Part shown: in pieces, positions 27,628 to 41,600 of the stretch
Layout: every line of letters begins with the position of its first letter
Numbering within the stretch: position 1 is the first letter of the stretch
Assembly (NCBI GenBank): GCA_964057225.1
Contig: OZ059897.1
Span: 15,562,001-15,626,000, forward strand
Length of the DNA: 64,000 nucleotides
Source of the DNA: Auanema rhodensis
Taxonomy: Eukaryota > Animalia > Nematoda
Direction of reading: 5' to 3'
The notes under the pieces: generated by a model
The model's database searches: none
Told to the model about the DNA's origin: nothing
What the model saw: the letters and a program-made list of their open reading frames with translations, nothing else
Made by a program: the position numbers and the translations under genes

Positions 27628-28944
27628 TTACTCTTTTTTCAAGTCTTCCAATTTCACCGTTTCCCTATTTGTTCGGGGACAATATTCATAGGTATAAAAT
27701 GGCTTGAACGATTCAAAGAAACCACAATCCTGTAAAAGTTACCCAGTAGACAGACAAATATTAAAAAAAAGTTACCTCTGTAAGGTTAGGGAAGATCCAG
27801 AGTTTATGCTGACCAAGTGTAACCAGCCAAATTAATCCAAAGAGAATTGTTCTAACTAGAAAAAAAAAAGAGTAAAAAGCTTATATACAAAAGCATACAT
27901 ATGGCTAAAGCAACGATAGCTCCAAAGAGGAAGATGCCAACTAATGAGACATAATAAACTCCTTGCCGAAGCCACATGGGCCATAGTGGGAAAAGGCAAC
28001 CAGCGATTGTGCCAAGAACTTAATTAAGTATATTATTATAATAACTAATTATAAGAATCTTACCTATAAGTAAACCAATAACGTATTTGTACAAAGGAGT
28101 TGGATCGAAAATCCACACAAATACATCCTTATCGTCAATGAAACACTTTAATACCAAATTGTTTATATGAATCACTTGATTAGCTCACCTGGTTATCATG
28201 CATCTCTAACTTCACTTTCTTCTTCTTCTTCTTATCATCTTCACACTATAAGAAGCAGAATTTAAAAACAAATTATTTATAATATACACCTTCTTCATGT
28301 CCTTAGATTCTTCTACTTCGTCAGACTTTTTCTCCTTTTCTTCATTCTCTGTTTCGGTAGCGGTGTCTTCAGAGCGTTTAAGCTTCTCAATGTCTTCAAT
28401 AAACATACTTTATGTACACGAACTGAGAAAAATAAAATACCTTTAGACTTTTTATCTTCTTTCTTTTTTGGAACGAGCTTTTTTGCACGGAAAAACAAGC
28501 GGTTATCAATAAATCTCCCTAAGTAATTCACAACCTGATTTCTATAAAAATAATTTTTAACAGTTAAATTAGTTGCGAAAACCTACCGAGTAGTAAAAAT
28601 TGGTGTTGTCTTAGATTTATTTCCATATTTAGAATCCAATAAAAAGTCGACAGCTTTATTTCCTGAAATGTAGACTTACTGTAAATAATATATAAAAAAC
28701 AAATTACCGCTAAAGTAATACACTTCATTTCCTTGCATCATGGTGGTTTGGGTAGTCAAATTGAAGCGTAAAAAACGAGCAACTTCCAAAAGCTCCTTGT
28801 TTTGGGCTTCATCTTCGTCACCCTACAGATTAAACAAGTTTTAAAAGATGAAAAACATTAAAAAAATTAAAATTATTGAAATTAGGTTAACATTTATAAA
28901 AAAACACATACTTTCCTTCCTCCTGCTTTCTTTTTGGAAGCCAT
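27628..28944 (-). CDS. SEC62: Translocon-associated protein SEC62
   Basis: ARFLRFN, EVYYFSGNKAVDFLLDSKY, FFRAKKLV, DVFVWIFDPTP, IAGCLFPLWP, WIFPNLTEDCGFFESFKPFY. ATG at 28944; stop at 27630-27628. Confidence 0.92.
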
Positions 28945-29347
28945 TTTTCAAGAATAAATTATAGTTTGAGAAAAATAATATATAAAATAAATTACTAGAT
29001 ATCGGATAGTCGAGGAGATGACGTCACCCACCAAGTCGCAACGTACTCGTTGTTCAATCGTTACGGGACTATATTTCAACAGACGGCTCTTTCAAGTTTT
29101 TTTTATTTTGTTATATATTATAAAACTTTTATTTTTAATTTTATTTTTGCACTATAATAAAAAAATATTTGATTAATTTGTTTTGCTTTTGATTAATAAT
29201 CTTTTATACTGGGAGCTTTTTTATATACACTATAAACATGAATAAAATATTTGTTCAACATTTTCATATATTTATTTTTCGTGGCAAATTATTATTTTTT
29301 ATGATTAAAGCAAGCATTTTTTAAATTTAATAATATCTAGGTTAATA
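28945..29347. promoter_or_regulatory. Bidirectional promoter region between divergent SEC62 and NDUFB3, with a palindromic CRE (TGACGTCA, 29019-29026)
   Basis: Head-to-head start codons 403 nt apart. A GC/CpG-richer core (~29000-29090) is flanked by A-rich and T-rich outron-like tracts. Confidence 0.55.
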
Positions 29348-29804
29348 ATGGGTGGTGGTCATCATGAACCTTTCAAGATCCCTAACTATTCCATTTACAA
29401 TAACTACCAACAGTTTCCTCAGCTTGCTGCTCATGAAAAGAGATTAGCTCAGCTTGGATTAAAGGATCCCTGGATCAGGTTAGTTTATTTCAACTTATAT
29501 TTGAATTTCAGAATGCATTTTACAGAAATTACGTTTATTTATACGATCGTAAATATCCTCACGTTGTTGGACAGTGGGCTCATTTCAAAAAGGTTAGTCA
29601 AATTTTGTTGTTGAGGAAGCACTTCGATTTGATTATATTTATGTGAAAGTTTCTAACTGTTTAAAAGATTGTTTAAAAAATATTTTCCAGCTGATTTTAC
29701 CAGGATGGAAAGTAGGAGTGGGAGCTGCTGCTGCTTTAATCGCCGTTGAAGAAGCATATCAATATGCCAAGCATGGAACAACTTCATGGGATTCTCATCA
29801 TTAG
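29348..29804 (+). CDS. NDUFB3: NADH:ubiquinone oxidoreductase subunit B3 (B12), 3 exons
   Basis: MGGGHHEPFKIPNYSIY...RLAQLGLKDPWIRNYVYLY...LILPGWKVGVGAAAALIAVEEAY...HH*. The GLKDPW motif is diagnostic. Confidence 0.9.
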
Positions 29805-29928
29805 ACTCATTGATCTGCTACTGAGAATTGTAGACTTTTAGTAAATAGATGTTTGAATAATACAATTCGATCGATCACATTTTTCATTATTTTGTGCCAC
29901 AGTGTCAAATACATATAGTATCTTCACC

Positions 29929-29932
<4 letters not shown>

Positions 29933-29961
<29 letters not shown>
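29933..29961. repeat. (AT)n microsatellite in the NDUFB3-SFT2D3 intergenic gap
   Basis: About 14 uninterrupted AT units. Confidence 0.9.
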
Positions 29962-29965
<4 letters not shown>

Positions 29966-29998
29966 ATTTCGTCGTTAACATTTTATTACAGAAGGTTA

Positions 29999-32900
29999 AT
30001 GTCGGCTCTTGAAGCCTTCATTACCGAACAAAAAAAGAAAACCGGAGGTTTGACCGGTGGGTTAGGATCTGCTTCTTTTAGTTCTATCGGTGAACTGAGA
30101 AATAAGTTATCCACATCTATAAGGTTGGTAGAATAATTTTAATTTTATTATTTTGAGTTTTTCAGTGGTATACCTCTATTGTCTCGAAGTGAAACTGATG
30201 ATTCTCAATCGTTAACGGGTGAAATTACGAATGGCCAACTACCCCAAGGAAAGAATAGGTTCGATATTTATTCCACAAATCGGAAAAAGCTTGTCAATTC
30301 AAATTTCATTAATCCTAATGCAATTGAATATGTAATGAATCAGGATATTTTGCCAGGACACAAAAAACGAAATTAATATTAATACACATGTTTTTATTTT
30401 GGAAATGAAAACAACATTACTTTAATATGATTGCAATTAAGTTGTAACAAAATCTGTGATAATGTTTTTCTTTCAGAAAAAATAATGGAGGATGGTTTTC
30501 TACAGGTGAAGAAAGTTTCTTTGGGCTCTCCCGAACACAGCGAATTTTTGCTTTTTTCATGTGTATTATTGGAGCTGTGTTCTGCTTTTCCACAGTGAGT
30601 GTTTCTTACAATATCTAGTACGACGTCGGATATTAATCCCCCATTTTGCTTACGATTTCCACGGAGAAATTTATCTTTCTTAAAACGTAGTTATCTCTAT
30701 GTACCAATTCTAATATCAGGAATTTTCTCTCAAACAACTGAGCAATTTTCCTTCCTCCCTCACTTTGCTTGTTCCAATGTGTAACATACCAATGGAACCA
30801 AGTGACACTTCTTTAAGGCTGTTTCCTCGATTTAACAATGATTGACAGTCTGATTATCTAATAGTGTAATAGTGATATTTTTTCTGCAATTTTGGGAAAT
30901 TAAAAAATATATAACATTATTAATTTTGAGTAAAAAATACTTCGTTTAAAAAATATTTGGGTATTGAGCGATCTTTATTTTGCAGGCCGCTTTCTTAATA
31001 CCTGTGATCATATTCAAAACGAGGAAGTTTGCTGCTTTGAACACTCTGGGATCTGGTCTACTTTTGCTCAGGTACGTGTATATTCTGCTTCGATGTATAG
31101 AACTTAATTCTGTTTCCTTAACCATGTTTACCACTTCGAGAATGACGTGGCTAAGTTTGGTGCTAGTTTTTCATTGGAATAGTTGCGAATGTGTTATGCC
31201 ACTACGTCCTTTTAGAAATTGCTGCTCATGTCATTGGAGAGAATCCTTTGAAGATTTGTTGTGATATTTTACCCATGAGACTTTTTTGATAGAGGCATTA
31301 CATTGGTTTTTGAAAACGTTTTTAAATTCATGACGTTTGATTCAAAGCGACATGAAAAATGACTCTACACTAATATAATTAATCAGATCTTTTCAACAAG
31401 TTTTATGTAGAGTTCGATAATTAGGTTAGCATGGTTAAAATCTATATTGTTATTAACGTATCGCTAAAATGCATATAAAAGTGAATTATAAAAACCTAGC
31501 AAAATAAAGCGAAAATGTGCTTTATGACGGCTTGTCAATTATCATCTGCGAAACTTTTCTGACATGGAGCATCATACTTGTAATTCTATAAGGGATGCTT
31601 ATATTCAATGTTCATTAACTATCGAGAAATCAAGATTTCACTTGACAGGATATTTTCAGTTTCGCTTTCTTGCTTGGACCGTCATCATACTTTCAACATC
31701 TTCTCTCTCCACAAAGAAGATTGGTTACCGTTTGCTATTTATCATCGCTTTTTGCCACCCTTTATTCATCTCTTTGGGTTAGTTACAATTTTTTCTATAT
31801 TTTATTAAGTTGAAAATTTAAAATATTATGGGATACTGGCTATTTTTAAATTATCGACATAAAAGCTTGGGAGATTTTGACCTCTGTTCAGCGTCAAGCC
31901 AGGATGTCAAAAAATGAATCCAAACAGATTTCTAAAAGTACGATGAGCAAAAATTATTATTTTTCTATTTTGAACTGTGATTACTCAGGACGTTTGAAAA
32001 AGAACATGAACGCCGATAAGAAACTTGAAACATATTTTGATATCCCTGAAAATTTCATTTTAGATGAGCAGTTCATAACATAAACCGGGATATCTTGTCT
32101 ATGTAATCTTATTTTTCTTTCTAAATTTACTTAAGAAAGTTATTTATTTTGACACTTTGAATGCGAAAGCTTCACTTCCTCAGTTTCTACAGGATAAGAT
32201 ATCCTCATTTTTGGGGCAATTGGCCAAACGACCAATATAGAATGTTTCATATTTTAAATATGTTGTGATGTATCATTCTATAAATAGCATATTTCCAAAT
32301 GATATACGAAATCTATCATCTTACATAATCACATTTCTGCCTGTTGTCTGACAATAGTTCATAAGTTCCCTATTAATATAACAACATATTTTGGTAGAAG
32401 ATGATTTATTACTCATATAATTAATTTTAAAATCTACTTTTTATATTTTACATTTATACACGAACTATGTATGAAATATAAGGGATGAGGGCCCGTGTGT
32501 GTTGTCACCGAATAGAATAATTCAGCTAGCAAATGAGATTCTGTGAATCAATAACAAGAAAAAAGACAAAAACAGGAGCATTACAAAATCTGCTCAGGTA
32601 TGGAAACCAACAGAAAATATGGTCTTAGATGTTTGTGGAGTATGTATTTTTATGTCTTAGGAAAATATTAGACAGATGGAATGGTGCTGAGTATAGAATA
32701 TTTGAATAAGGTCTTCTGCTGCTCTTTTTGGTTTATGGCATTGTCATCATTTTCACGAATTCTTCGTAATCGATCTGGAAAAATGACTATTATCTCTTAT
32801 GTTCAAGCTTTCTCTTCGTAGCAAAAGACATTTTAGACCAGTTTTCTTTAAGAATACTGCTCTATATGGATATTAGATATTTTTAGTACAAATATCGGTT

Positions 32901-35900
32901 TTTCTATTGTTTTAAGTCATATGTTAAATTAGGCAATTTCTCATAGGCTACAAGCTCATCTTATTGAAAGAAAACTGTTTTTTCGTAGTTTTTTTAGCTA
33001 ATTACACAAAGAAAGGCTAGTTTACTTAGAATCGGTATATACTTAAGAAAGACTAAACTTGGGATAGTTTTAAACAAGCTCCAGTGTCTTAACTAAAAAT
33101 ATTTGTTTTTTTTAGCTCAATGGTGATTTTGAGAAATACTTAGAATGGAAAATTTGAAAATCGCGTGGTTCGCTGTTAGTATTGCTGGATAAGCTTGAGT
33201 GTAGAAAGAATTAGATGTTTTCTGTCAAAATTATTGCTGTTTCTATTCATCAAAACACAACAAGAAAACATATTAGACTGAATTGACATGAGCTATTGTT
33301 TTTCTTTGTTTAAAAGAAAAAAATTGGAATAATTTACAAACCTGTCCGTCTCCATCAATATCTACCTCAGCTATGATTTCGTCGACTTCTTGGTCACTAT
33401 ATTGTTCTCCCATGTGCGTCATAAAATAACGAAATTCTTCTGCAGTAATGTAGCCATTGCCATCACGATCGAAGACTCTAAATGCCTCTCGAATCATTTC
33501 ACTGTCGTTTTCCTGAAATGATGCTCTTAATTTTTAACTATTCGTATCCCCATTTTCTTGGCTTATGTGTTCGGAACAAATGATCATCGAGTCTTTATAT
33601 GTGGTTCTCAAAAGGACGGCATGTGCTTGTCCTCTGCCACCTCACTATGGATAATTAAACTGTTCAACTATGTTTGACATTCCAAAATTTACAACATTTT
33701 AGCTGTTTTTATTGAAGTACAGCTCAACATCAAAGGGCTCTTAAACCCCATGAGATTGCGATACTGGTTTGAGTAGTGATGTCTATTGGTATTGTGAATG
33801 ACGAAGCTACTGCCTTGTTTGCATTGATGCGCCAATTTCAGAAATGACCGAACTCAAAATTTTGTATGAAACAAACCTTATTCATTCTTTTCATCATTTG
33901 ACAAAATTCGGGAAAGTCAATCGTTCCACTGCCGTCAATATCTACTTCATTAACCATGTCCAGGAGCTCTTGCTCCGTTGGGTTCTGGCCTAGTGATCGC
34001 ATAGCAACACCCAATTCTTTCGACGAAATGGAACCGTTTCCATCCTATAAAAAATCTATTTTATGATTAATTTTTTATAGTTTGTAAGGCTAAAGATGAA
34101 AGTTCGCAATTTCTTTAAAATTATGTAGTTTATTTAACAATTATGGCCCCATAGGATTTGTGGCTTTGTCACGCAGGACTGCTAGTTGCGCTTTGTTGAG
34201 TTTCTAACGGTTTTACATTAAAAGAATGGAGAGCAATAAATTACAGTTGGAAATTAAATGGGTTTTGGTGGGACTGAGATTGAATAAAAAAAGGAAATAC
34301 AAGATCAAGAAGGTTTTCAAACTATGCTCAGCGCGTGATCGCCTACACAAGCAGAGGTCTCAAACCGATCTTTGCTTCATTTTGGACATTCTTTAGTTAT
34401 CCTTACCCTCATTATTATAAAAATTGATTATGAACGTTTTATACTAGGTTTAACCATATTTTGATTTGGCGATATGAATTAGAAGGGGATTTATCATTGA
34501 TTGTGGGTGGAAAGACAAACGAAATCGGCGGTAAATGGCATAATCTCCGTTTATGTTCCGCACTGCCGAAAGAATTTAATTGGAAGCTTTTTCAGCTACG
34601 TGTTCTTTGTCTTAATCATTTTCTGGGCGTTTCGAAAAGTGTGAAAATAGGCTCGAGATTGAGTTTTAGAATGAGATCTATCTAATTAAATGAAAGAAAG
34701 AAGAGATAGGGCTTTTTGTCTTTGTGAATAAGATGAAAAAGAGGAAGCAAATAACACTATCCAGTCAGCAATTTGTGTTTTTTGAGCATGTATATATAAT
34801 AGGGACTATGTTAAAAATGAAACGTAGGTTTGAACCTTATCAAATAGCCGGAATGCTTCTTTATATTCAATAATTTCTTCTTCACTAATGCCTTCCAATC
34901 CGGTCACAACAGATGTCTGCTTTTGTTGCCAACGGTTAAACAACGAAACACGACGAGGATCTGACATCGTCTAAGAAATAGGAGACTGAGCGCTTCTGAA
35001 ATCAAGAAGTATTTTAAATATAGCTCATCTAGCGAAAAATAGAGTAGAACCTATAGCATAAAGAAAAATATATGAGGACATGAGAGAAAGTAAAGAGGGC
35101 TGGGCTGATGGGGGTGGAGTGGTTTGAATCTGAGAAAGCAGGGCAATACTAAATTCGTGTGAGCATTGGGTCAGTAAAGCTCAAAAATCCCTTAGGGGGA
35201 TAATTCAAGCACGAGGTCATTTTTCTTATTTAGCAATTGTTTGCTTTATAGAAAAGAGACAAACAAACTAACAAACACAAAAGGAACGGCGAGACTCGAA
35301 CATAATGTGAATATAGAAGTTAAAATGTGGCCAGGAGCTCAAAAATAAGAAGAATAAACAATTTTCATATGAATGCTGGCTTGAAAGCTGGCATGAAAAG
35401 GGTGGAGCATCAACATAATTTTCTTCACACCAACCCGAAATGGAAACCTATCATTAGCACATTCTTTATTTGATTACTGGGTTAGCAGACACGTGAGTCT
35501 TGAATGAAGCCAAAACGGGACTACCGAACTATACAGAAAAAAGCCGAAGTTTGAGCAAGAAATTGTAAATAAGATTAAATTGCTAGGTGTAGAGATGATG
35601 CTGTTATATTCTTCTCTTTTTTCTAGAAGAGGAATGAAGTTAGGAATTTAGAAAATATCTGTAATAAAACTAGCAATGGCCGAGTGATAACGGGAAGCAG
35701 GGTTGAAGCACAGTGACTAGAAAGAAATAGCGAAAGCCTGACTTGCTCCGCCCCCTAAGCCTAGATGAAGGCGCAACTGACGCCAAGCCGTGGACTAGCC
35801 AATTGGGTCTACACGGGAGGAGGAGAGAGATTTCTTCAGTGATGTTCACATGGAATGAAGGACATTAAAGAGAGAGAAGCTAAATTTTAAAACATAGAGA

Positions 35901-38658
35901 GGGGAGTGATGGTTGAGGCATTGAAAAAGCTTACAGCTGTGAAAAGAAAGCACGCGTCAGGATGTCACGAGAATTATAGCCTTTCTCATTTTCTGTCCAG
36001 CTTTTCTCATGTTTAAGAGCAGAGGAAAGAGTTATGGCTATAGGCAGTTTCTCTCATACTTTATCAGTTTACTCCGTGTGTAGTATCAGGATGAAGCCAT
36101 AGTCTTAGTGCATTGTCTAGATTACTCAATGGTCGTCTTGAACTAAGATGTTCGAACTATAATTTTAAGCGAGCTTTCTTAAGTTCTGCTCATCTTCTAT
36201 TCTTTATGACAGGCGAGCCTACTGCATTGTAAGTTTTTTATTCACGCGTTCTCAGACGAGCTTTTCTAATTTTTTTCTGCTCTTAAAAATTTAGGATTCA
36301 TGTCTGATCTTTAGCAAAAAAAAATCTTTCACTCAACTAAAAGATACGACCGCAACATGTGCGATGTCACTTTTATACCCTCTTTAAATGAGCTAAAGGA
36401 GTTTTTGGGAAATTTGTTTTTACATCTTGAAACTGCCAATCAGTAATGTGAAGATCACGTTAAATCGCAGAAGTTCGACTCACTAGTTCAAGGGTCTGGA
36501 TGGATTTGTTACCAGCTGAGCTGAGAGAATAGATGAACTGATTGTCTATGCTGAGAACCACAAAGTACTCAGTGGACGTCTGTGATTTTTGATTGAAATA
36601 ATTGATCAACATTTAAATTTGTCTGACATAAACTCTTGGGAAAGATTTGTGTTCAATTGCTATTCAGTCAGATCGTCGAGCACTTTGTCAACAGCACAGC
36701 AAAAATTACTTGATCGTTAATTTTGAACATAACATTATCAATATAACCCAAGCAGTTGTCGACGATACAGCAAGTGCTGTAGAAAATCTATAAAATAACA
36801 ATGTTATTATCTGAGAACCTATTATTCCAGTAGTAGTATCTGTGAAGATCATGTATCGTAAGTAAGGGCTACAAGGAAGCTGAGAGGGAGGCATAGGATA
36901 TGAAAGAGAAGCATGAAACTTAGACCAAGTTCCTGTTCCTGTTTCATTCATAATGTGGGTAATATTTTAACGGTTGAATACATCTTACACTTTTTCCAAT
37001 TTATCATTATTAAGTATATACATATATATAGATATAGATATAGTGCATATTTACTATTGGTAAAATAAAAAGAAGTAACAGTATATATTTTTGAATTTAT
37101 TTTCTATAAAAGGAATGAGGTTTAATGAAATAAAATTCATACATCTCGTTTTTGTTCATTGGTTTATTTTAGATTAGTTAATTGATCAAAATAAATGCAA
37201 CCAGGCCCATGTATTGTTTAAAATAAGAAATGAATTTATAGAAAAAATCATTTGAAAATACATGATGAAAACGTGACGGCAACTCGTATTTCACGTATTC
37301 ATAGGCATATTTCACGCATATTAATGTCTATATGTATGATATGCATATTGACACGTTTGATCAGAACAGATAGTATTAGTTCTTTGCTCAATTAAGAATA
37401 TTTTTTTAAAAACATTTTTCTCAAACCATGTTTTTCAGCTACAAAGTACCGTATTCACATTGATAGCCGCTATCTTTGAAGGATTCTCATTAGTGTGGTA
37501 AGTTCATATTGTTTATTCATCAAACGTTGCCATTCTATGGGCTGCAAACGATTGTTCGTTTTTCTCTTTTCTTTATATCTTTGTGATGATTGATATTTAT
37601 GCGTTGAAAGAAAGCAAAATCAAGGCGAGCTAGACATGTGAATGTCGAGCTGTAAATTTTAAATTCAAACTCATTTACTGCTTAGTTCAATCATTGGAAG
37701 ACTTTTGTCGGATTAATTCTGCTCGAGCTTTCGTGAACAGGAAAGGAGGCGTGTAAGCAGTGGTTTCACTCCAAAAGCATACCGGAAAAACAGTACTGAA
37801 AGATCAAGGAATACATTTTCTAAAGAAAATATTTACGCTTTATTTAGAAGTTTTCAGAGTAATGAGAAATCTTAAAATTAGATCTTTGATTAGACCTTTT
37901 GTTTTTTCTTGTCAGTGAGATGCAAGCATTCTGATTTTTAAATTTATTCTTAAAAAAGGAAAATAGCTTCTTCCCATTACTTTGTCTTAATGAGTAGACA
38001 TGAAAAAAGATGGAAATTAAATGAGTAAAGAGAAAGAGAACCAAAGATGATGTCATAGCTTCTTTTCCTTTAAAGTGTGTTCTTCTCCTCTTAATGCATT
38101 CAACGAGTGTTATGTGGTTTAAATGACTTATGTTTGCCCCTAATCTTGTCATACATGAGTTATGAGTTTTTATATTTCGTTAAAATGATTGAGAAAATCT
38201 GTGTAAACGATTGTCGCGTCATATGTTCGTTCTCCTTTTTATATCAAGTAAAGGTCGTCGTCTCAATACATCTGAACTTCCGATTTGTGTATTCTCAAAA
38301 ATATTAGAAGAATATATGTATAACCAAGAGATACTCAGACATAACTTAGGGATAGAATGGGAATGAGATTGAATGATTGAAGGAGGATGAGTATGATGAT
38401 GCAACATATGTTGTTGAACTTTCGATAATACATGTGCTTTGACTTTACATTCTTGCGATAAATTGGTGTGGTCGAATGTCAAATTGAAACTTAATACAAA
38501 GAGCCTATCTGATCTTCTTCATAATGTATCTTTTTATAATTTGATATTTAAGGTTTGTGCTGTCTTACGTTCCTGGGGGCGAATATGGTCTACGTTTCAT
38601 TACTAGCATGTTCACCGGCTTTGTTACTCGATCTCCGAGCACAGTGCTACCAATTTAA
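29999..38658 (+). CDS. SFT2D3: Vesicle transport protein SFT2C/SFT2D3 (Got1/Sft2 family); 7 exons, 5.66-kb intron 5 hosts cal-2
   Basis: Exons from 29999, ~30166, then 30477-30594, 30986-31071, 31660-31777, 37439-37497 and 38553-38658 join in frame: [15 protein letters not shown]...[12 protein letters not shown]...[19 protein letters not shown]...ATLYSSLW|[20 protein letters not shown]|[20 protein letters not shown]...STVLPI*. Confidence 0.88.
32733..34967 (-). CDS. cal-2: Calmodulin-like four-EF-hand protein; exons 34967-34836, 34044-33877, 33512-33342, 32774-32733
   Basis: N-extension [39 protein letters not shown] resembles C. elegans CAL-2. EF hands [48 protein letters not shown]. Confidence 0.92.
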
Positions 38659-41600
38659 AATGCAACGACTGAGTAAGACACTGAGGATCTTCTAACAGTG
38701 AAATTAGCTATTCGTCATTACATGGTTACTAGGTTTCTTGACTTTATCATTTCCTGTTTCTTTTTTCTATTTCATCCTTCTTTGAAATATTTTTCTAACC
38801 TCCAAAAAGTTTTATATGTCATCATACTGCTCATATTAGCCGTCTGATGTTGTTCTATTTTCTTAATCGTGTGCAATCTTTCTCGCTTTTCGAAATCTAT
38901 ATTTTCGTTCCATTTTTGCTTTTTACTTGCTTTCATCTAAATCTATGGGAGTATCTGTTTATTTATTGAAAAGTGTGAAATGCGTAAAAGAATTGCATTA
39001 CATCGTTACTACGGAGAAAAGCTACACCATGGTGAGTTAGTGAGTGTTAGAGAATTTTTTTTAGATCTATCTTATCTTTCTTAGTTCTTTAACTGATTTT
39101 CCTTACTAATCTATGATATTAGTCGGTCATTGTTCATTTGTATATCCATGGCAGTTGTATTCTTCCGATCAAGTGTCTTTTCTTGCTCTGTACATACAAA
39201 TATCTTTATCATTATTGTGATTAATCCAATACGGTCATCATCAGCATCATGTCGTCCAGAGTGCATAGAGAATGCTTTGCAATTATATTCTTTATATTCA
39301 TTTCCCTCTTATCATTTAGATTAATAATATTTATTATTTCCACTTATTCCTTTTCGTTACCCTCAATAGCTCTGTAACTTTATTCCTTCATTTTCAATAT
39401 TAGTTGATATTCAATATTAGATTATGTAAGCTTCATGAATCTGGAACATTCTTCCATTCGTTAAACAATAGTTGAATGTTTTTTCTTCAAGTTTATCTAA
39501 TATTTCTTCTTAGTTTTATTTCGCTCGGTTTCTTTATGTTTTATTACAACTCTTCTGGGTGTTTTTTTATAAATTATATTTGAATTAATCATATTAAAGG
39601 GAATGAAATTCGAAATCCTAATGTCTTTTTTCTTTTTTTCGAATCTTAATGAGGAAAACTGTTCTGAGTGTGGAAGCTTCTCAATTTTTCTTACAAACAT
39701 CATGCTTATTCGTCTTATTTGACTTCCTTTTGTGTGCTGCCATGGAATTTCGGAAGACTGAAATTGTTTCCGGACAGCAACATTTCTCAAAAAGGCATGG
39801 TTTGTAGTAATTTATGAGATGGATGAATAGACGAATGCTGTACAGATTTATGGTTTTTCTTTTAGAAATTGAAAATTGCATCTTCTTCCGGCTTCTTAAA
39901 ATGGGAAAAATCTAAGAGATAGAAAAATAAATATTTAATATATGATCTTATAAATATATGAAATATTAAACTATGATGAATAGCTGAAAATATATATAGC
40001 AATATTTATTCATTTTGTGAGAACAATTAGTTTTTAATTAAACCAACTAGTAATTATTATCAATTATTTCTAAAGTTATATTGTTATAATCAAAAATGAA
40101 AATTGAAAATATTTCTCATTTTATGTCAAATAGAAGGACTTCTTAGTCAACAGTTCGGGTTATCCCGTGATCTATTTCGGGAAGGATACGTTCTCAAGCC
40201 TGCAACATGAGTCAACAAATTTTTTTTTTGAATTTTTCTGATGGAAGGCATGTAAGGCATGTAACTGTATTGATTTTCCTTCATTTCTTCAACTGTTCCA
40301 AACATTTCGTATAAATATTCAAAATTTTCATGGATGTTAACGATCAAAAATCATTTATACAAATAGAAACTACAATGAAATCTGTTTGGATGGGACGGCC
40401 ATTTGCGAAAAGTCTTAATAGCTGAGTTAAAATCTTAATTGATTAATCTAATCTTAAAATTGAAATGAGGATGTAGTTTATGACAGCTAAATTGCTTTGT
40501 TTTCTGATAAGAATAATTGTATTGAAAAATGTGAAATCTGATATTTTTGAATAACTGAAAAACAAGTATTTAATAATACAAGTTGACCCAAATTCGCCTG
40601 ATGTGTACTTTTCAGAAGCTAAAATCACGTTTTTTTTGCAACTTTGAATTGAACAAAGAGCTTCCTTTCCTTTCACCATGCACTTTCCAAAAATTAACTA
40701 ACGATTTGAATATCATAAATAGAATAAATTTAAAATATTTTCTATATTGGTATTCTATAAATTGGACCGGTCGTTGCTGCTTGTAGAACAGCTGATTAAA
40801 CGAAAATTATATTTCGATGGTCCTATTAGCATTACGATGGACAATCACTAAACATTCAAATTGATATGTATTTGGAAAAGAGAATTTAAATAGTAGAGAT
40901 AGACTACATACTCTCTACAATCACAGACCGAGAGAGAGATAGAGAGATAAAGAGAAAAATGGAGAGAGAAAAAAAAAGAAGATTAAGAGTAAATTATAGA
41001 TATTCATCATGTTTATAGTCATAAATGGTCAGTTAGTGTAAATGTATTGATGCTTTCCCCCCCCCCTTATTAGATACCAATCTTATCATTTATCAACCAC
41101 TTTGTACCTAGTCTATATAACTATATAATATAAATTGTGATGTTGATTGATGTGTGGCGCAAGAAGAATGTTTGTCTAATTCTCATCTTCGTAAATCTGA
41201 CCATTTTTTCATATATTTTTCTTCTCTGAAACTTGTTTCTCAATTGTTACTTGTAATTTTAGAAAAAAAAGTTATAAAAGAAAACGAGGAGAAAAGAAGA
41301 TGTTAGGGGAAAGTCTGTAAAGTTTAAAAAGCACAAACCAAGTTCTGGCCGATAATAACAGTTTTCTATCGTATTTCAACAAAACAAACATCCTAAATTT
41401 TCTTGAAAAGCTTAAAACACCTTCGTATTTTGAAAAAAATGTAGAAACAACAACTGGTCATTTTCTAACCTCTTCTACCCTTTACTTATTTTGGAAAACA
41501 TTTCAAATAAACTTACTTTCATAAGTTACCATTACTTCTTTCATACGGTTTTCCTTAAGTAGAAGGTCCCTGAACTCATGTGTAAATAATTTCATTCAAA

